Of a stretch of 64,000 nt of DNA, positions 37,781-51,409 are shown piece by piece (the stretch's first letter is position 1; each line of letters begins with the position of its first letter). The translations under genes and the position numbers were made by a program. The notes beneath the pieces are model-generated. The model saw only the letters and a list, made by a program, of their open reading frames with translations. It made no database searches and had not been told where the DNA came from. Origin of the DNA: Felis catus (lineage: Eukaryota); NCBI RefSeq assembly GCF_018350175.1, contig NC_058368.1:197906001-197970000 (forward strand). The letters run 5' to 3'.

Positions 37781-40212
37781 CAGATGTGTCATCTCTGTTA
37801 AATGTTACTTCCCAGAACAGTGCCCTAGAATAGGCTTAAAACATTCAATGAATCATGGGAAAAGTTTCCTTGTGAAAGGATTACTAATAAAACCTAAGTT
37901 AATGCTAATTTACATTTGGGTGGTTCATCAACAATTCCTAGTGCTTTCACATGTATTATTTGGTTCACATATATGTCTGAGATGGATATTTCCATCTTCT
38001 TTACTTCATAGAGAGGATAGTAGGTCTTAGCAAAGGTAGTAACTTGTCCAAGATCTCAGAACTAGTAAATGTTTAAAATAAGTCTTAAAGAAAGGTTCCT
38101 GGGATCAGGACTCATTTTTGCAAAAAATGCATTTTCATGTGAGTCTGATGCAGTGATCAGTATGGCTATCAGCACCAACTGTCTTAGCCCTTTACCCAGG
38201 GTTCTCATCAACTGAAAGCTTGCCAGATCTGGTTCCAGACTGAGCAGAATCCATTCACTGATCTTGGTTAGCAAGGCTTACGCAAAAACCCACACTCTGC
38301 AGTGATGTATGGCTTTCTTGGGAGCCCCAAATTTTATGGTACAAGGCGACCTAATGGGAGAGTTAGCTGAATATCTATTGGGAATATACCTGTTCTCTGT
38401 TGGAAGCTTCTTATTCAAGTTTCCTAAGGAGAAGATCCCCAGCATCCTCACACTGAAAATGAGGATCCATGAGTATATCTTAAGAATCCATTTGTGCAGA
38501 AGCTGGGCTGTCTCTGATGCTTTAGCCACGATTGCTTTGTCTCCAAACATAGTTTAGAGGCCAAGTAGAGCTATCTGGATCAAGAACTAGAGACCTCCAT
38601 TGCAGTCAGTATCAGAGGCCTACTTAGCTAGTGATGCCATCAACTTCACACCATTGTCCAAGGGAAGGGCAGCATTTGCACTTCTTATTATGCCAAATAT
38701 TAGGAAGTAACCTACTTATCCTGAATGGAGTTTTCAACCAACCATTCTTTATTTATGCTGTTTGCTAACTGCTTCAAGGACTCTTGACTATTCGAAATGA
38801 CAACTTCAAAGAACCATTCTATGGTAACAAGATCACTGGCAGCTCCTCTTGCCTTTGGAGTTCATGAGCTAGCCGGCATTCTCTACAACACCAATGGACA
38901 TAGTACCCTTGGCCCGGAAAGAGAGTGCAGCAGACAACTGACATTTATCTTCCTGTAAATGAATAAAAACAGCCAGAATCTATTCCAGATGGACTGGTCT
39001 GGGGACAGGGATTATGATATTGCCCAGGGATTTGAACTCTAGGGTCAAACAGAGCTCTTATCAATCATAACTCTGCCATTTCCTACTAGTGTTGGACCAC
39101 ATATCTGTCTTCATTAAACTTCATTTTTCTTAAGTGGGAAAAAAGCAGATTCATTCATTAACTTACTACTTTTTTTTCCCTGTAATACTCTAGAAATAAA
39201 CTAGGTGCTAGATTTACCATGGTAAATACTATAAACACCTCATTTATATTCACATAAATTTATTACTAGGGTTGTTTTGTGAATTAAACCGGATCATGAT
39301 GTAAAGCAGTTAGTATAGGGCATGGTCCAAGGTTTTTTTCAACTAATATTAGTAAACTCAGAAGGTATAAAGAACTCTTAAAAATACTGAAAGGGTTCTT
39401 AATTACACTTTTTCTCTGTGGCTCCTAGGGATATATTTAGGACAAATGAGGGGGTAAATAGTATGGGACTAAATCTGAGCTTGATAAAAATAAGAGGTTT
39501 TAATAAAGTTTCCCATTAGTGATGGCCTTCTCACTCAATAGGTCCAAGAAGCATGAATACCCATTAGGTATCCTGCAGAGGCAATTCCTCTATTGAGCGT
39601 AAGGATTATAGCCATAAGTGTCTTATATTTTTTAACTATAATAATAATTCTTACTGAGTTCATTATGTGTTATGATTATGTACCATACCATGAACATTGA
39701 AAGCATATATTGTCCATGAATTCCTTGAATCCCTACAAAAATTTGAAGTGGGTAAGCAGAATCCTAATGCAACTAATGAGGAAGGGAAGATAAGCCAGAG
39801 AAATTCAAAACTTGCCCAAGTTCAAACAGGTATCTGGTGAAGGAGCCAGAAAATCTTGCTGTAGCCCCAAATAAGAAATAAATAAAAGAGAAATGTCTCT
39901 GAATTGAAGAGGGAGTAGAGGGTTCTCACTTGTTGTGCCTGCTTTCGTGCTGTTCAGGCAACCCGGAGAACTTCCCAGAGTTCCTTAGAATAAAATTTAA
40001 AGACCATTTAAATGCTACTACCTACTTCAGATGAGACTTTTAAGAAAAAATAAGAATTATTTAGTAATAAAAACCGTACATGGTTACAACAGCTTCGTGT
40101 TCTGAAGTAATTATGAAAGTAGATTATGATTTTTATTAAAGTTTTTATATAACAAAATTGGCAATGCTGTTAGTCTTCCAACAGTGACTTTTTGTTTAAA
40201 GGTTGCTGTGTA

Positions 40213-40432
40213 GGGGCACCTGGGTGGCTCAGTCAGTTGAGCATCCGACTTCGGCTCAGGTCATGATCTTGCGGTCTGTGGGTTCGAGCCCCGCATTGGG
40301 CTCTGTGCTGACAGCTCAGAGCCTGGAGCCTGCTTCTGATTCTGTGTCTCCCTCTCTCTCTGCCCCTCTCCTGCTCATGCTGTCTCTCTCTCTCTCTCTC
40401 TGTCAAAAATAAATAAACATTAAAAAAATTGT
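40213..40432 (+). mobile_element. Can-SINE
   Basis: TSD aaagKttgctgtgta. Confidence 0.95.
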
Positions 40433-41664
40433 TTTAAAAAAGTTTGCTGTGTATGCTGGTTACTTCAAGAGATTACGGAGGAAAGAAAAAAAGAAAAAAA
40501 TACATATTCTTATGGCATAATGGAGCAAAATGGAACACAAGACTATGTTTATGACATTACTGCCAACATGTGAAACTGCATCAATGTGTATGGATAATGG
40601 ATAAACTAACGAGAAGTTTCCTGAAAATTGTGGGTGACAGTTTTTGTTTTGGATTTCTATGGTGATTCTTATTTTATTTTGCAATAAATAATCATTAAAA
40701 AGCAATGTAATTGGCCTGTGATGTCCAGAAATATCTGAATCACTCATTCAATATGTGACACTTTTAACCAATGGTTTCTGTCACAAGATGCCCTTGATTC
40801 TGTGCTTTGTTCTTCATGGGAACTTTTAATGACAAAGTGGAAATGCTCAGGACAATTGAGTAAATGCCCTCCAGCCTGCATCCCTTTCTCTATGATTTGG
40901 GCCTGTATATGGGCTAGTTTCCTGGTCAGTTTAGGGCTATTTTAGGAGAAGAGTTAAGTCTCCATCCTTGAGGAAAATGTGTCAAAGTGACCTATAGATA
41001 TTGGAGAAGGAAGAGAATGCCCTAAAGGCAAACTTATTTACATTAATGCTTTTCACTTAGCAAATCTCAAATTCATGGCCAGTTTATACCTGAGAACAAC
41101 TACTACTTCTCTCCTTATCCACCTTCTTATTTTTTCTCTATTTTGTTTATCATACATACAAAAGAGTATATATAATACACATGTACAAGTTAAATAATAA
41201 TAGCAACACAAAGGCTCATATGTCTATCAGATAGTTTAAGAAATAGCACAAGCTCTGTCTTTGAAACCTTTTATGTGCCTCTTCCCTAACTCCCATTTTT
41301 TTTGCTGCAGCTTAGGCTGCCTGGTCCCACCTACTGCACCCCCTTTTTCCTCTCCTCCTGCAAAGACCCTCATGCAACCACACACTAGACACATTTCTTC
41401 AGCTGTGGAGGAATTACATTTGTTCTTCCATTCTCTGCCCTTTGCTAAATAACACTGTTTTCTTTTGTTATTTTCAGGCAATCTAGAATTTAGTGTGGGA
41501 CTCTTAGTGCCATTAGGATGTTGAATACATGGTCCTGAATATATGCAACCTAAGTTTGTTTTTATTTTTTTCTCTCACAGTTTAAAAATTACATATACGT
41601 ATCAGGCCGCCCACTATATGTCAAGCAGTGGAGAAACAAAGAAATAGATATCAATATTGTTCTT

Positions 41665-42035
41665 TTTAAAGAATGGAATCTTGCCATTTGCAACGACATG
41701 GATGGAGGTAAGGAGTATAATGCTAGGTGAAATGACTCAGTGAGAGAAAGACAAATACCGTGTGATTTCGCTCATAAATGGAATTTAAGAAACAAAACAA
41801 ACAAGCAAAGGTAAAGGGAGAGAAACCAAGAACCAGACTCTTAACAATAGAGAACAAACTGGTGGTTACCAGAAGGGAGGTGGGTGGGGTTTTGGGTGAA
41901 ATAGGTGAAGGGGATTAAAAGGGCCCTTACCACGATGACCACGGAATGATGTGTAGTATTGTTGAATCACTATATTGTACACCTGAAACTAACACTGTAT
42001 GCTAACTCTACTGGAATTAAAATTTAAAAAAAACT
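41665..42035 (+). mobile_element. Carnivore L1 3'-end fragment
   Basis: aatcttgccatttgcaacgacatggatgga...gaatcactatattgtacacctgaaactaa. Confidence 0.9.
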
Positions 42036-43799
42036 TAATTGAAAAAACCCAGATATCCATTTTAGACACAAGGATAACCAGGACCCAATTCTTTGCTCTC
42101 AGGGGGCTCCAAACCAGAAGACATATATTTTTTTCTTTTTTTTCCTCCTTTCTTTTCTTCTTTCTTTCTTTTTTTTTTAATCCTAAAATGAGCATACCTT
42201 CAAAAAACTCTTTCCAGGGTCCCTGATGGGAACATATTTGCATTGTGATCAAGCCACTCTGCTGCCTTCTGTGGCTGTAAAAGTGATGGTCTGCTCTAAC
42301 AGGAGATTTATAATGCTCTCACAGGACTGGGTCAGACAGGGGTCAGGCAGGGGTGGGCTAGTGCTAGGGTGGAATTGGGGAGAAGACAATGAGAAGCTAG
42401 AACCTAAAATAGAACTACCCATTGTGCTTAGGGAACAAAGTTAGAATGACCACAGACTTTTGTTGTTATTGTTTTTCCAATCATTCATTTACTGTTTGCT
42501 AATTATGTGCCAGGCACAGCATTGTGTACCGGATGTATACGTAGACTCAGGCCATTCCATTAGGAACTGTTGCTGCCCCCATTTTGCAATGTCAGAACCG
42601 AAACTCGGGCTCAACCCGTAACTCAAGTTTACTCAGAAGCTGCAAAACTAGGTTTAATCCCAGGACTCTCTATCCCCAAAGCCCCACATCTCTCTCATTT
42701 TAAAATTTCTTTAGGGTTTTTTTGCCTTCAGTTTTTGGAATTTAAAGAATTTGAGATATAATTGACATATGACATTAATTTCAGATATACAACATAAAGA
42801 TTTGATAATATACATATTGCCAAATGATCGCTATCTTAGCCATTATATTACGAAGGCTGCACAAACAATTTCAGCTGACACAGAGGACATGTTCATGTCT
42901 CAAGAGCGTGGCAGCAAACAGATGGTGGTTCAGGCAATCCATGGACCTCATAGATAAACATGGAAGAACTGAAGCCCAGACAGCCCAAACCGAGGGCAAC
43001 CAGCTATATGACCCACACAGATGTCCACCAATATTGTTGGGTGTCTGCCACTGGGCTCCATTTCTGGAACAGGTAGGGTTGAGAGGAGGAGAGCAGCAAA
43101 GAGCATACCCCACTAGGGCAAGACCAGAGGGTTGGGCTACTGGGCAGGTGACAGGGTGGGGGCCTCAGGCTGGAGAAGCTGCCTTGGTCAGAACAGGGAT
43201 CTTGGGCTTGTGGAACGAGATTCAGGAACAATGAGGTACAAGAAGAATGAAACCCAGAAGCCAGTCTTATTCTTTGATGAGTCAGTCACCCAGGGCTGGG
43301 CTGGGCCACAGAGCCTATTTTTAAGCATTAAATGGCTCACATCCCAGGAAATCAGCGCCTGGGAGTCTGGCAACTGGAACGATCGGATAGTTTCCTGAGC
43401 TCTCTAGAGGCATCTTTCACAACTTCGGTAGTTCTCTTCCAGTGTTGAAACAGGTATTCACAAAAAGCTTAACTTTATATTGACTCAGAGTTCCTTAAGA
43501 AATTCTGAAAAGTTTTCAGCATGTGTCCATGTGGATGTGTTTTGTTAAAGGAACGTTTTTATTGGTCTGGCTTCCACTTCCTTGATCTGTACTATTATTA
43601 TTAATTAAAATTGCAAAGTCAATGCCTCAGCTTACCTTTGTTCTCTCAGAGAGACAGGAGTGACCTGTCCCAGAAGGACTGGGTATATTGGCTATAGTAA
43701 TGCCTACATTGCTGAAGTATGGAGAATTTAAAATGAAACAGGGTGAGATTTCTTAGAATGTGAGTAGGCCTCAGTTCTAGAACAGGTTTTGGTCACATA

Positions 43800-43905
43800 T
43801 TTGTTTTTATTTTATTTTATTTTGTTTTATTTTATTTTATTTTATTTTTTATTTTATTTTATTCCATTTCTTATTTTATTTTGTTTTATTTTATTTTATT
43901 TTATT
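43800..43905. repeat. (TTTTA)n-type simple repeat
   Basis: Seen directly. Confidence 0.9.
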
Positions 43906-44489
43906 TGTGCATCTTTAAAATTTTACAGCAATTTTCTTTTCATGCTACAAACGACAAGCACTTACAGTAGTGTTGCAGGAGATGACTGTAGAGGAAAGGA
44001 AAGTGGTGGGGAGTTTCCAGCTGTAGGTAAGCAAGGTATCTGCCATGTAAGTCACTCCCCCACAACCTCTGAAAAAGCAATCATTGCTCTCTATTATTTG
44101 TGTGTCTGGATCCTTTTCATGGGAACTTGGAAAAGCATTCAGAGTTTGGGTTAGTGAAGAATGCAAACAGTTGCCATACACATTCTAGTGCCAGAGTTGG
44201 ATCAGGGAGTGACACCCGACTTCAGGCTTATCTGGGGTAAGACAACATGGTTTCCTTGCTTACTTGTTGATAGAAGTCAAATTCAGTTCATTTTCATTTA
44301 ATTCAGCTCGTTTATTAAGCATTAACCAAACACCCCCAGCATGTCAGCTATGAGCTCACAATGTAGCAAAAGAGATGCTTGCAAATTAATGAGAATACAG
44401 TATGATGTATGATAATCTGGGAGGATTACATGAATGAATGAATACATAGGAGAAGCTTTTTAGAGAATACGTAGTGATGTGGTTTGAAG

Positions 44490-45050
44490 TGTTGGAGTTT
44501 GGAGTAAACAGCCAAGAAAGAATTCTTGAAGACATCGTCAGTGCAAAAAGGTAGTTTTATTAAAGGACCCATGGGCAGAAAGAGCTACACTGGGGTTGTG
44601 AAGAGTGACTGATTATATACCTTCAGGTTAGAGGAAGTTAGGGATAGTGTAAGTCTCTAAGGAATTTTGGAAACAAAGGTTCCAGGACCTTGAGGGACTA
44701 GCTGCAGTTAGGAAAAGGTCATTTATTACTGTTCAGTAAAAACTCAGTCATGAGACCCTTAATATGTATATCAGGTGGCGATAAGCTTGGAGTATGATTG
44801 CCAACATATATCTTGGGGGGTAAAGATAAAGGAAGTTTCCAAAGGAATTTTTCAATGTTAAAGTAGGATCCTGGGGGGTCGGGATAATGTTAAGCTAAGA
44901 TTCCCTTTTGCCCTTAGCAAAGTGTCATCATTGAGGCAGTTGAGCTCCTAGAGGAATGTCACTTTGCCTGTTACAAGGACTTGTCAATGGACATAGGCAG
45001 TAAGGAAATTTAATTTTTTTTTCTTTTGCCTTTGGTTCCCATATAATTCA
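44490..45050 (-). mobile_element. Probable solo ERV LTR
   Basis: About 560 bp block starting aacagccaagaaagaattcttga with a minus-strand AATAAA near 44560. Resembles laurasiatherian ERV1 LTRs from memory. Confidence 0.5.
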
Positions 45051-45585
45051 TAGAAATTGTCACAAAGTAGGCATTAACAGATATGTGTTAATTGCATAGA
45101 TGCACAAATGGATTACAAGATGTGCACAGGCATACTCTCTGTTCTTTGGAACTGATAGTATGATCTTTGGAACATATAATAATATTTTTGGAACTTAGAA
45201 TGTAATAGTGGGGTAAGATAAGCTTGGGGTCCTAGACCTGAGATCACACTTTAGCGGGGAGAAAACCCATGGAAGACATCAACTAGTTCATGGGAATTTG
45301 CAAAACTTTACCAGCCATGTTTGACCAGCCACATTTTACAGACATGTCTTCTGGTAGGAAATAGTTAGACAGCAGTCTCAATCCAGGACAGCTTTCAATG
45401 TCTTAAACAAGAACTATCTAGCAAAACAGTATTTCCTGATTCTTGTGCTTGAAGGCTCCCCCTCTTTTTCTGTTCATGTTTTAGGAATACACAAGAACTA
45501 AGTTATCCACTGGGTGTTTTTCTAGCTTGGGCAAGAAGAAGCATCTGCTTCAGTTTCTTTGCTTTTCTGATTCCCACCACTGTTC

Positions 45586-45795
45586 TTTTTTTTTTTTTTT
45601 TTTAATATTTATTTATTTTTGAGAGAGAGAGCGTGAGAGGGGGAGGGTTGGATGTAGGGGTACAGAGGATCCAAAGCAGGCTCTGTGCAGTCAGCAGAGA
45701 GCCTTATGTAGGGCTCGAACTCACAAACCATGAGATCATGACCTGAGCAGAAGTTGAAATTGGACACTTAATCGACTGAGCCACCCAGAAGCCCC
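45586..45795 (-). mobile_element. Can-SINE just downstream of SPINK9
   Basis: TSD ccacYactgttctt. Confidence 0.92.
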
Positions 45796-45917
45796 ACTAC
45801 TGTTCTTAATTAACCCTTTTCTCCCAAGATGTGGCCCTAAGATGGTCTATGAGACATCATCAAAAGTAAAACAAATCTGGAAGATTCAACTCCTGAACAA
45901 AAAATGTCAGACCTACA

Positions 45918-45943
45918 TTTATTTCCCATATGTCTACTTTATT
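45918..45943 (-). terminator. SPINK9: Two AATAAA polyadenylation signals of SPINK9
   Basis: tttatt on the plus strand at 45938-45943 and 45918-45923, about 105-125 nt after the stop codon. Confidence 0.7.
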
Positions 45944-46046
45944 TCGCAAAGAAATCAAGACACACTGGTGACAAGATTAGGCAGTATGGCATAGGTTATA
46001 TGGGAGAAGAAATATGTTTCATGTGCCTTGGAATCAGAAGATAGAT

Positions 46047-46092
46047 TCAACACTTTCCAAAATGTACAAATTTCAGTTTGTTGTTAGTTTTC
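46047..46092 (-). CDS. SPINK9: SPINK9 exon 4 coding part: KTNNKLKFVHFGKC*
   Basis: ttttctctccacAG acceptor; human is remembered as KTDGTLKFVHFGKC. Total CDS 55+29+128+46 = 258 nt = 85 aa plus stop. Confidence 0.95.
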
Positions 46093-46577
46093 CTGTGGAG
46101 AGAAAATAGCAACAGATTAAAATTGCTGAGGCCGTAGACGTTTTATTAGCATCCAAACTTCGCTAATGAACCCCCCCAGTAATGTACCCAAGTCTCTCCA
46201 CTTATTGGTGTTTTTAAAAGGGGGTGGGTGACTGTAATTTAGAAATACTTGAGCAACTGGTGCTGGTTATGTGAGGATGATGCTCAAAATATGTCACAGT
46301 TTATATCCCTGAAAACATATTTCATGAATTTCTAATAAAAGGAGACTCGCTTAGAAACCCTTTTTCCATAAATGATTTTGTCTTAAAGTCACATTTTGCA
46401 CTTTCCATCAAATGTAACTTTTCATAAAACTATTTTTTCTGATAAGAAAAAAACCAGGACAGTATGCCATATATATATTAGGTGTTTGTTTTCACTCATG
46501 TATGTTTTGAAAATACTTAAAAGGATCTATATGTTTCTATACATTCTAGTATATCATACACCATCTTCTATTAAAAT

Positions 46578-46721
46578 TTTTTTTTAATGTTTATTTTATT
46601 TTTGAGAGACAGAGACAGAGCGTGAGTGGGGTAAGGGGCAGAAAGTGGACACATAGGATCGAAAGCAGGCTCCAGGCTCTGAGCTGTCGGCACTTAACTG
46701 ACTGAGCCACCCAGGCACCCC
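46578..46721 (-). mobile_element. Can-SINE with internal deletion (SPINK9 intron 3)
   Basis: Head and tail present, middle missing. Confidence 0.85.
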
Positions 46722-47171
46722 TTATATTTTTTGATCTGACGCTAACACATCTTTCAGATGATTACTTTGTTACCTTTAAGCTAATTTTGGCTACTTGATT
46801 TTCAAATTCAATTTCTATTATAGCTGCAAAATATATTTTGTTGAGAAGTCACCCTCTGAAACAGAACAATTTCTTCAGGATTTTTAGTTATTTGTCGCCT
46901 TTTGTGCCAATAATTAGGGGGCTCTAACGTATCTAAACTTAATGGTTAAAGCTGAACAAGTAAATCTAGTTCATTCTAACATATGACTGGACTGGCATGC
47001 CTAACAGGAGGGATGTTCCTTGTCCCTGGAAATAATCAAGCGTAGACTCTGAGATGACGTGAATTATTTGCAGAGGGAGTTCAAGCAATAGATTAGTAGG
47101 TGGAAGTTGAATGAGGCGCCCCTCCAGTATCCTTCCAACTCAAAGATTCTCGGATTCTTTGCTTTACTCTT

Positions 47172-47381
47172 TTTTTTTTTTAACGTTTTATTTTTGAGAC
47201 AGAGAGAGACAGAGCATAAATGGGGGAGGGGCAGAGAGAGAGGGAGACACAGAATCGGAAGCAGGCTCCAGGCTCTGAGCCATCAGCCCAGAGCCCGACG
47301 AGGGGCTCAAACTCACGGACCGTGAGATCATGACCTGAGCCGAAGTCGGATGTTTAACCGACTGAGCCACCCAGGCGCCCC
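47172..47381 (-). mobile_element. Can-SINE (SPINK9 intron 3)
   Basis: 15-bp TSD ctttgctttactctt. Confidence 0.95.
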
Positions 47382-47563
47382 TTTGCTTTACTCTTACTGC
47401 CAGAATATGTATAGATCCAGTGACACTAGCGACCCCAAATTTTACATATTCATCATATTCACATATTCATTATTCCCCAAACCACTTTCTCTAGTGGACA
47501 TATAATTGTCGTAACACACAATTACACCTTAAATACAGAAAAGAAAAATATTTCAGTATTTAC

Positions 47564-47691
47564 CGAACTTCAGAACAAAAGAAGCAATCATTGGCATAAG
47601 TTTTGCCGTCAGATCCACAAATTGGTGCATATATTTCATAACAAAATCCCTCTTCTCTCCGTGGGAACTTCTCATATTTACTGCAGTCAAC
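47564..47691 (-). CDS. SPINK9: SPINK9 exon 3 (128 nt): [42 protein letters not shown](R)
   Basis: AG/GT bounded with the Kazal signature C-x7-C-x6-Y-x3-C-x2-C. Resembles remembered human [20 protein letters not shown]. Confidence 0.95.
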
Positions 47692-49683
47692 CTGGAAATA
47701 CATAGTAAAAGCCTTCAACCGAATCTTTATTCCCAAGATTTAGGATTTCCCAAGCAAGCCTAGGGGGCTCCCCAATCATTTGTTTCCTAGTCTAATGGTC
47801 ATTTGTTTCCTATTCCTCCTCAAATGCCTTTGAGATATATCAAGTGTGAAGATTTCTTACATCAGATATAAAATCATGAGTGATAAACTTCTTTATGGCA
47901 GCTTGTAACCAAATCACTATTTATTTAAAAATTAAAAATTTAAATTTAAAAACATCCACGGCCAATTCACAGATGTAACCATTCCCATGGGGTTAGTGTT
48001 CTACACATCCTGCTATTCCTCTCTTTCACTTAAAAAATTCTATCTGAATGCAAGAGTGAGATGTATTATAGGGATACCTACTATAGTTTTAAGAACTAGC
48101 ACATCATTAGCGACTTTTACCATTCATTATTGGTAACAAATGACTTGTTATACACTTAACCAGCACACAGACAGTCACATGTATTTTACTCTTGTAGTTG
48201 AGAACCACTGTTCTATATGCAGGAGCAAAACCAGCGTGTGAAGCTCTCTGCAGGAGCAAGGATGCAATCACCAAGAAAGAATTTTCTGGGTTTTTCATCT
48301 ATGAGCAAGCTGAAGAATGTCAACAGGAAAAGTCAAACACATCAGGATTCAAATCCTGATGTGCTCTGGGATATGACCCTGGGACAATCATTTTACTTCT
48401 TTAAGCTTTGATTTCTTTACCTGCAAAGTGAGGACAATAATAACTACAGTGTAAGGTTAAAGCAAAAAATATATATAAGCAAGAAGATACATGTAAAATG
48501 CTTAGCACTTTGTGACATGGAAAATGCTGAGTAAATAATAGCTATTATCTTTATCCCTTGGCCTACACAAACTCCAGCTCTATTCAGAAGACTCTACCTT
48601 TCCAGTTTTTCTGACTCTGAATTCCACATGTAAGATTTTACGATTTGATTATCTCCACTTGGATAGCATGAAATATGGTCAAACTTCAAGTTAAATTCAT
48701 CTTCCCCTTCAGCTATGTTCCGTTAATTAATCATTTCATTCCTTTGGTTGCTTTACACCATGCACCTTCTAAGTTTTAGGGCTGAGCTGAGAGCTGGCAA
48801 TACAGAGATTAGTATGCGTGACAAAATGGCAGAAGGACCGCAGGGCCTAGTGGAGTATGGTGGAGAATGGAAATTACAGGGCCCCCTGGTGAGTATATTT
48901 CAGCCTGACTTCACTTCTTGCCTGCTCAAACCCCAGTACCAGGACTCAATGTGATATGTACAAGGAGACTCCCAAGGCTTCCTCTTCATGAATCTTTTTC
49001 ATTCTCAAGCAACCAGTAAATCATGAGAATAGAATAGACAATCCTATTATTCTCTTTAATAGGTAAAACAAAAGATTCAAAGAGATGACAGGAGCTGCCT
49101 GGGCCCCAGAATCACACAGCTGAAAAGTCATGGAGCTTGGTCTAGAACCCAAAATGCTTGACTCCTGGTTTAAAGTTTTTACCACCACAGCTAGAATTTC
49201 TCAACAATAGTTATTACTTAATATGAGTCATAAAGGGAAGGTTCAATTAAAATCTTCATTCTCTAAGATAAAGAACAAAGATGTGTCTGACCCACTTAAC
49301 AATTACAACAATCATGACTTGTCCTTATTGAGCTTTACTACGTGCCAGGTGCTTACGCTCACCTCTCTTCAAGCGTTGTGGCTTTAAGTCTCACAATAAG
49401 CTTATGAACCCAGTATTATTGCCCATGGCCACACAATCAGGGAGCTAGAATACAAACTCAGGACTTTATAACTCGAATGCTAGGTATCTAACCACTTTGT
49501 TCTTTTATGTCCCGTTCAGAAAGGTCTCTTAATAGTTTTTTAAATAAAACCAGTCTTGATACTTAAAAACTTCTTCAAACATGTAGCAATTTAATTAATG
49601 TATAGTAGCAAATGTTTCCTTATTGATACTGGCTTTAAAATTACCTAGAAGTAGGACCTTTATATCAAGATGGATGTACTGAC

Positions 49684-49712
49684 CTGTTGAGGGCCTGTGG
49701 CACATTCTACAT
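49684..49712 (-). CDS. SPINK9: SPINK9 exon 2 (29 nt): (N)VECATGPQQ
   Basis: ttttcttacAG|ATGTAGAATGTGCCACAGGCCCTCAACAG|GTCAGT; phase 1 to 0. Confidence 0.9.
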
Positions 49713-50474
49713 CTGTAAGAAAAACAAAGACAAGAGAAACTAAATTAAACTCTGGAAGAACCTCATCTTAGTAGAAAAATGATCTTTTATTTATGTTTCA
49801 GCTCTCAGACTGTCAAAAATATGAGTCTCTTCAGAGCTGTGTATCAATATAATATCAAAGGTTGAAGCTTAGCACATATTTTTTTTTCTTCTTTTGGAGT
49901 GGGATTAGAGCATAGCCAACTACTATAATAACGAAGAGAAACTACTATAATACTGAGAAGTTCTTTCCTACCTCATAATCAGAGTTTAGGAAATATTGGA
50001 AAAAAAAAAAAAACACCAGAGAAGTGGTTTTATATTTAGGGAATGTCTGCTGTTATGTAGCAGGAATACGTGGCAGTTGAAAATTCTAGGGAGGCAAAGT
50101 TCAACTCAATGAAAAATAATAATAGTTCATGTTGCCAAACAATGGATGAGACTGTTTTATGAAGAAATGACATCCCCATAAATGGTGATATCAAGTCAAA
50201 GCAAAGTCTGGATGTACACTTACCAAAGAAGTTACACAAAATATTTATATGGATGAGACTTTGGTCTCAGCTAACCATTTAGCCCCAGAATCGATAGTAT
50301 CTCAGCCCCAGAGATAGTATCATTTAGTGATTTATTGGTAGAGACAAAATAATGCATTTCAAAAAACCTGCCTTATTATCTATGTATCTGTGTTTATCCC
50401 AGAATTCTGTGAGCAGAAGACAACGTGAGCTATTAGTATCGGGGAAGGGTGGGTATAATAAGGGAGATACTCAC

Positions 50475-50529
50475 TGAAGATGGATGTCAAAGCCAAAGCC
50501 AAGAGCAGGGCAAAGGCTGTTGCTTTCAT
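50475..50529 (-). CDS. SPINK9: SPINK9 exon 1 coding part (signal peptide): MKATAFALLLALALTSIF(N)
   Basis: 55 nt ending A|GTGAGT (phase 1). Hydrophobic; human is remembered as MRATAIVLLLALTLATMFS. Confidence 0.93.
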
Positions 50530-50611
50530 GCTGCTGAAGTGGCCAAGGGCAGTCAGAGGGAGGCAAAACAAGTAACTTTCTGCCGTCTGCTCTGCCCACT
50601 TGGGTTCTACC

Positions 50612-50618
50612 TTATATA
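50612..50618 (-). promoter_or_regulatory. SPINK9: SPINK9 TATA box (TATATAA)
   Basis: About 85 nt upstream of the ATG at 50529. Confidence 0.7.
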
Positions 50619-51409
50619 TTGACAAGAGTTCCTGCCTCAATTGTGAAGTAACTATTTCCAGAAACAGAATCCTGGGAGGAGGTCAGAGACATATGCTAGT
50701 ATGGGAATTCTTTTATTGTGAAATCAGATGGTTGCTCATGTTTGCTCATTTTAATAGACCATAGAACCCAATAAAACTGTTATTTCTTTGTTTCTTTACA
50801 TACTTGAAAGATGGAGTGCTTTCACAGCTGTTATATGATTGGATCTTCATAACAAATCTGTCAGTTACTACAATTTTCTTTGTTTTACAGATGAGAAAGT
50901 GAAGTCAGAAAGAAGTTAAGTCATTTCACCCAGTTTACTACATATTCTTGGTTGCACTACTTTTCCAGGAACACTCACCAGCATGGCAGCTTTCTGTGTT
51001 TCCCCTCTTTTGACACTTTCCCAGTTTCCCCTCTTTCCTCCTATATTCCCCAGCACCAAATGGGAAATATTGCCCGTTGAGACTCTAGACTGGGCACAGA
51101 GGAAAGGTATCAACACCCAAGTCTTTATTCAGCAGTAACAAGCAATGATTTATGCTCTTAGCAGGGGGATGATTTCTCCAAGATTCTAAATTTGAGGAGA
51201 TGGTAAAATGGGTGGACTTGTTGAATAGTCACTCCTCATTTAATGCCAGATCTCTGGTGGAATTTCCTTATCAAGGAACCTTGGAAGAAGGGATTCCTCA
51301 AAGGCAATAATAAAGAGCTATGTGACCATCTTAACCAATAATGGATTTATTGGCTGCAGTGGCTTGACTGTTCCTGAAGCACAGGCTCAAAGTTCAAGAA
51401 TGAGATGTT

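Noticed and set aside
38062..38557. Overlapping 70-90 aa ORFs suggesting a processed pseudogene
   Set aside because: No recognisable protein, poly(A) tail or TSD.
40510..40621. Minus-strand acceptor followed by HVGSNVINIVLCSILL, faintly like a Kazal CGSN...C segment
   Set aside because: The phase-0 reading hits a stop at codon 5, cysteine spacing cannot be restored without several indels, and there is no good donor.
44060..44115. SNDCFF / AATGATTGCTT match to SPINK9 exon 3
   Set aside because: Only about 14 nt of similarity, no flanking Kazal pattern or splice sites; compatible with chance.
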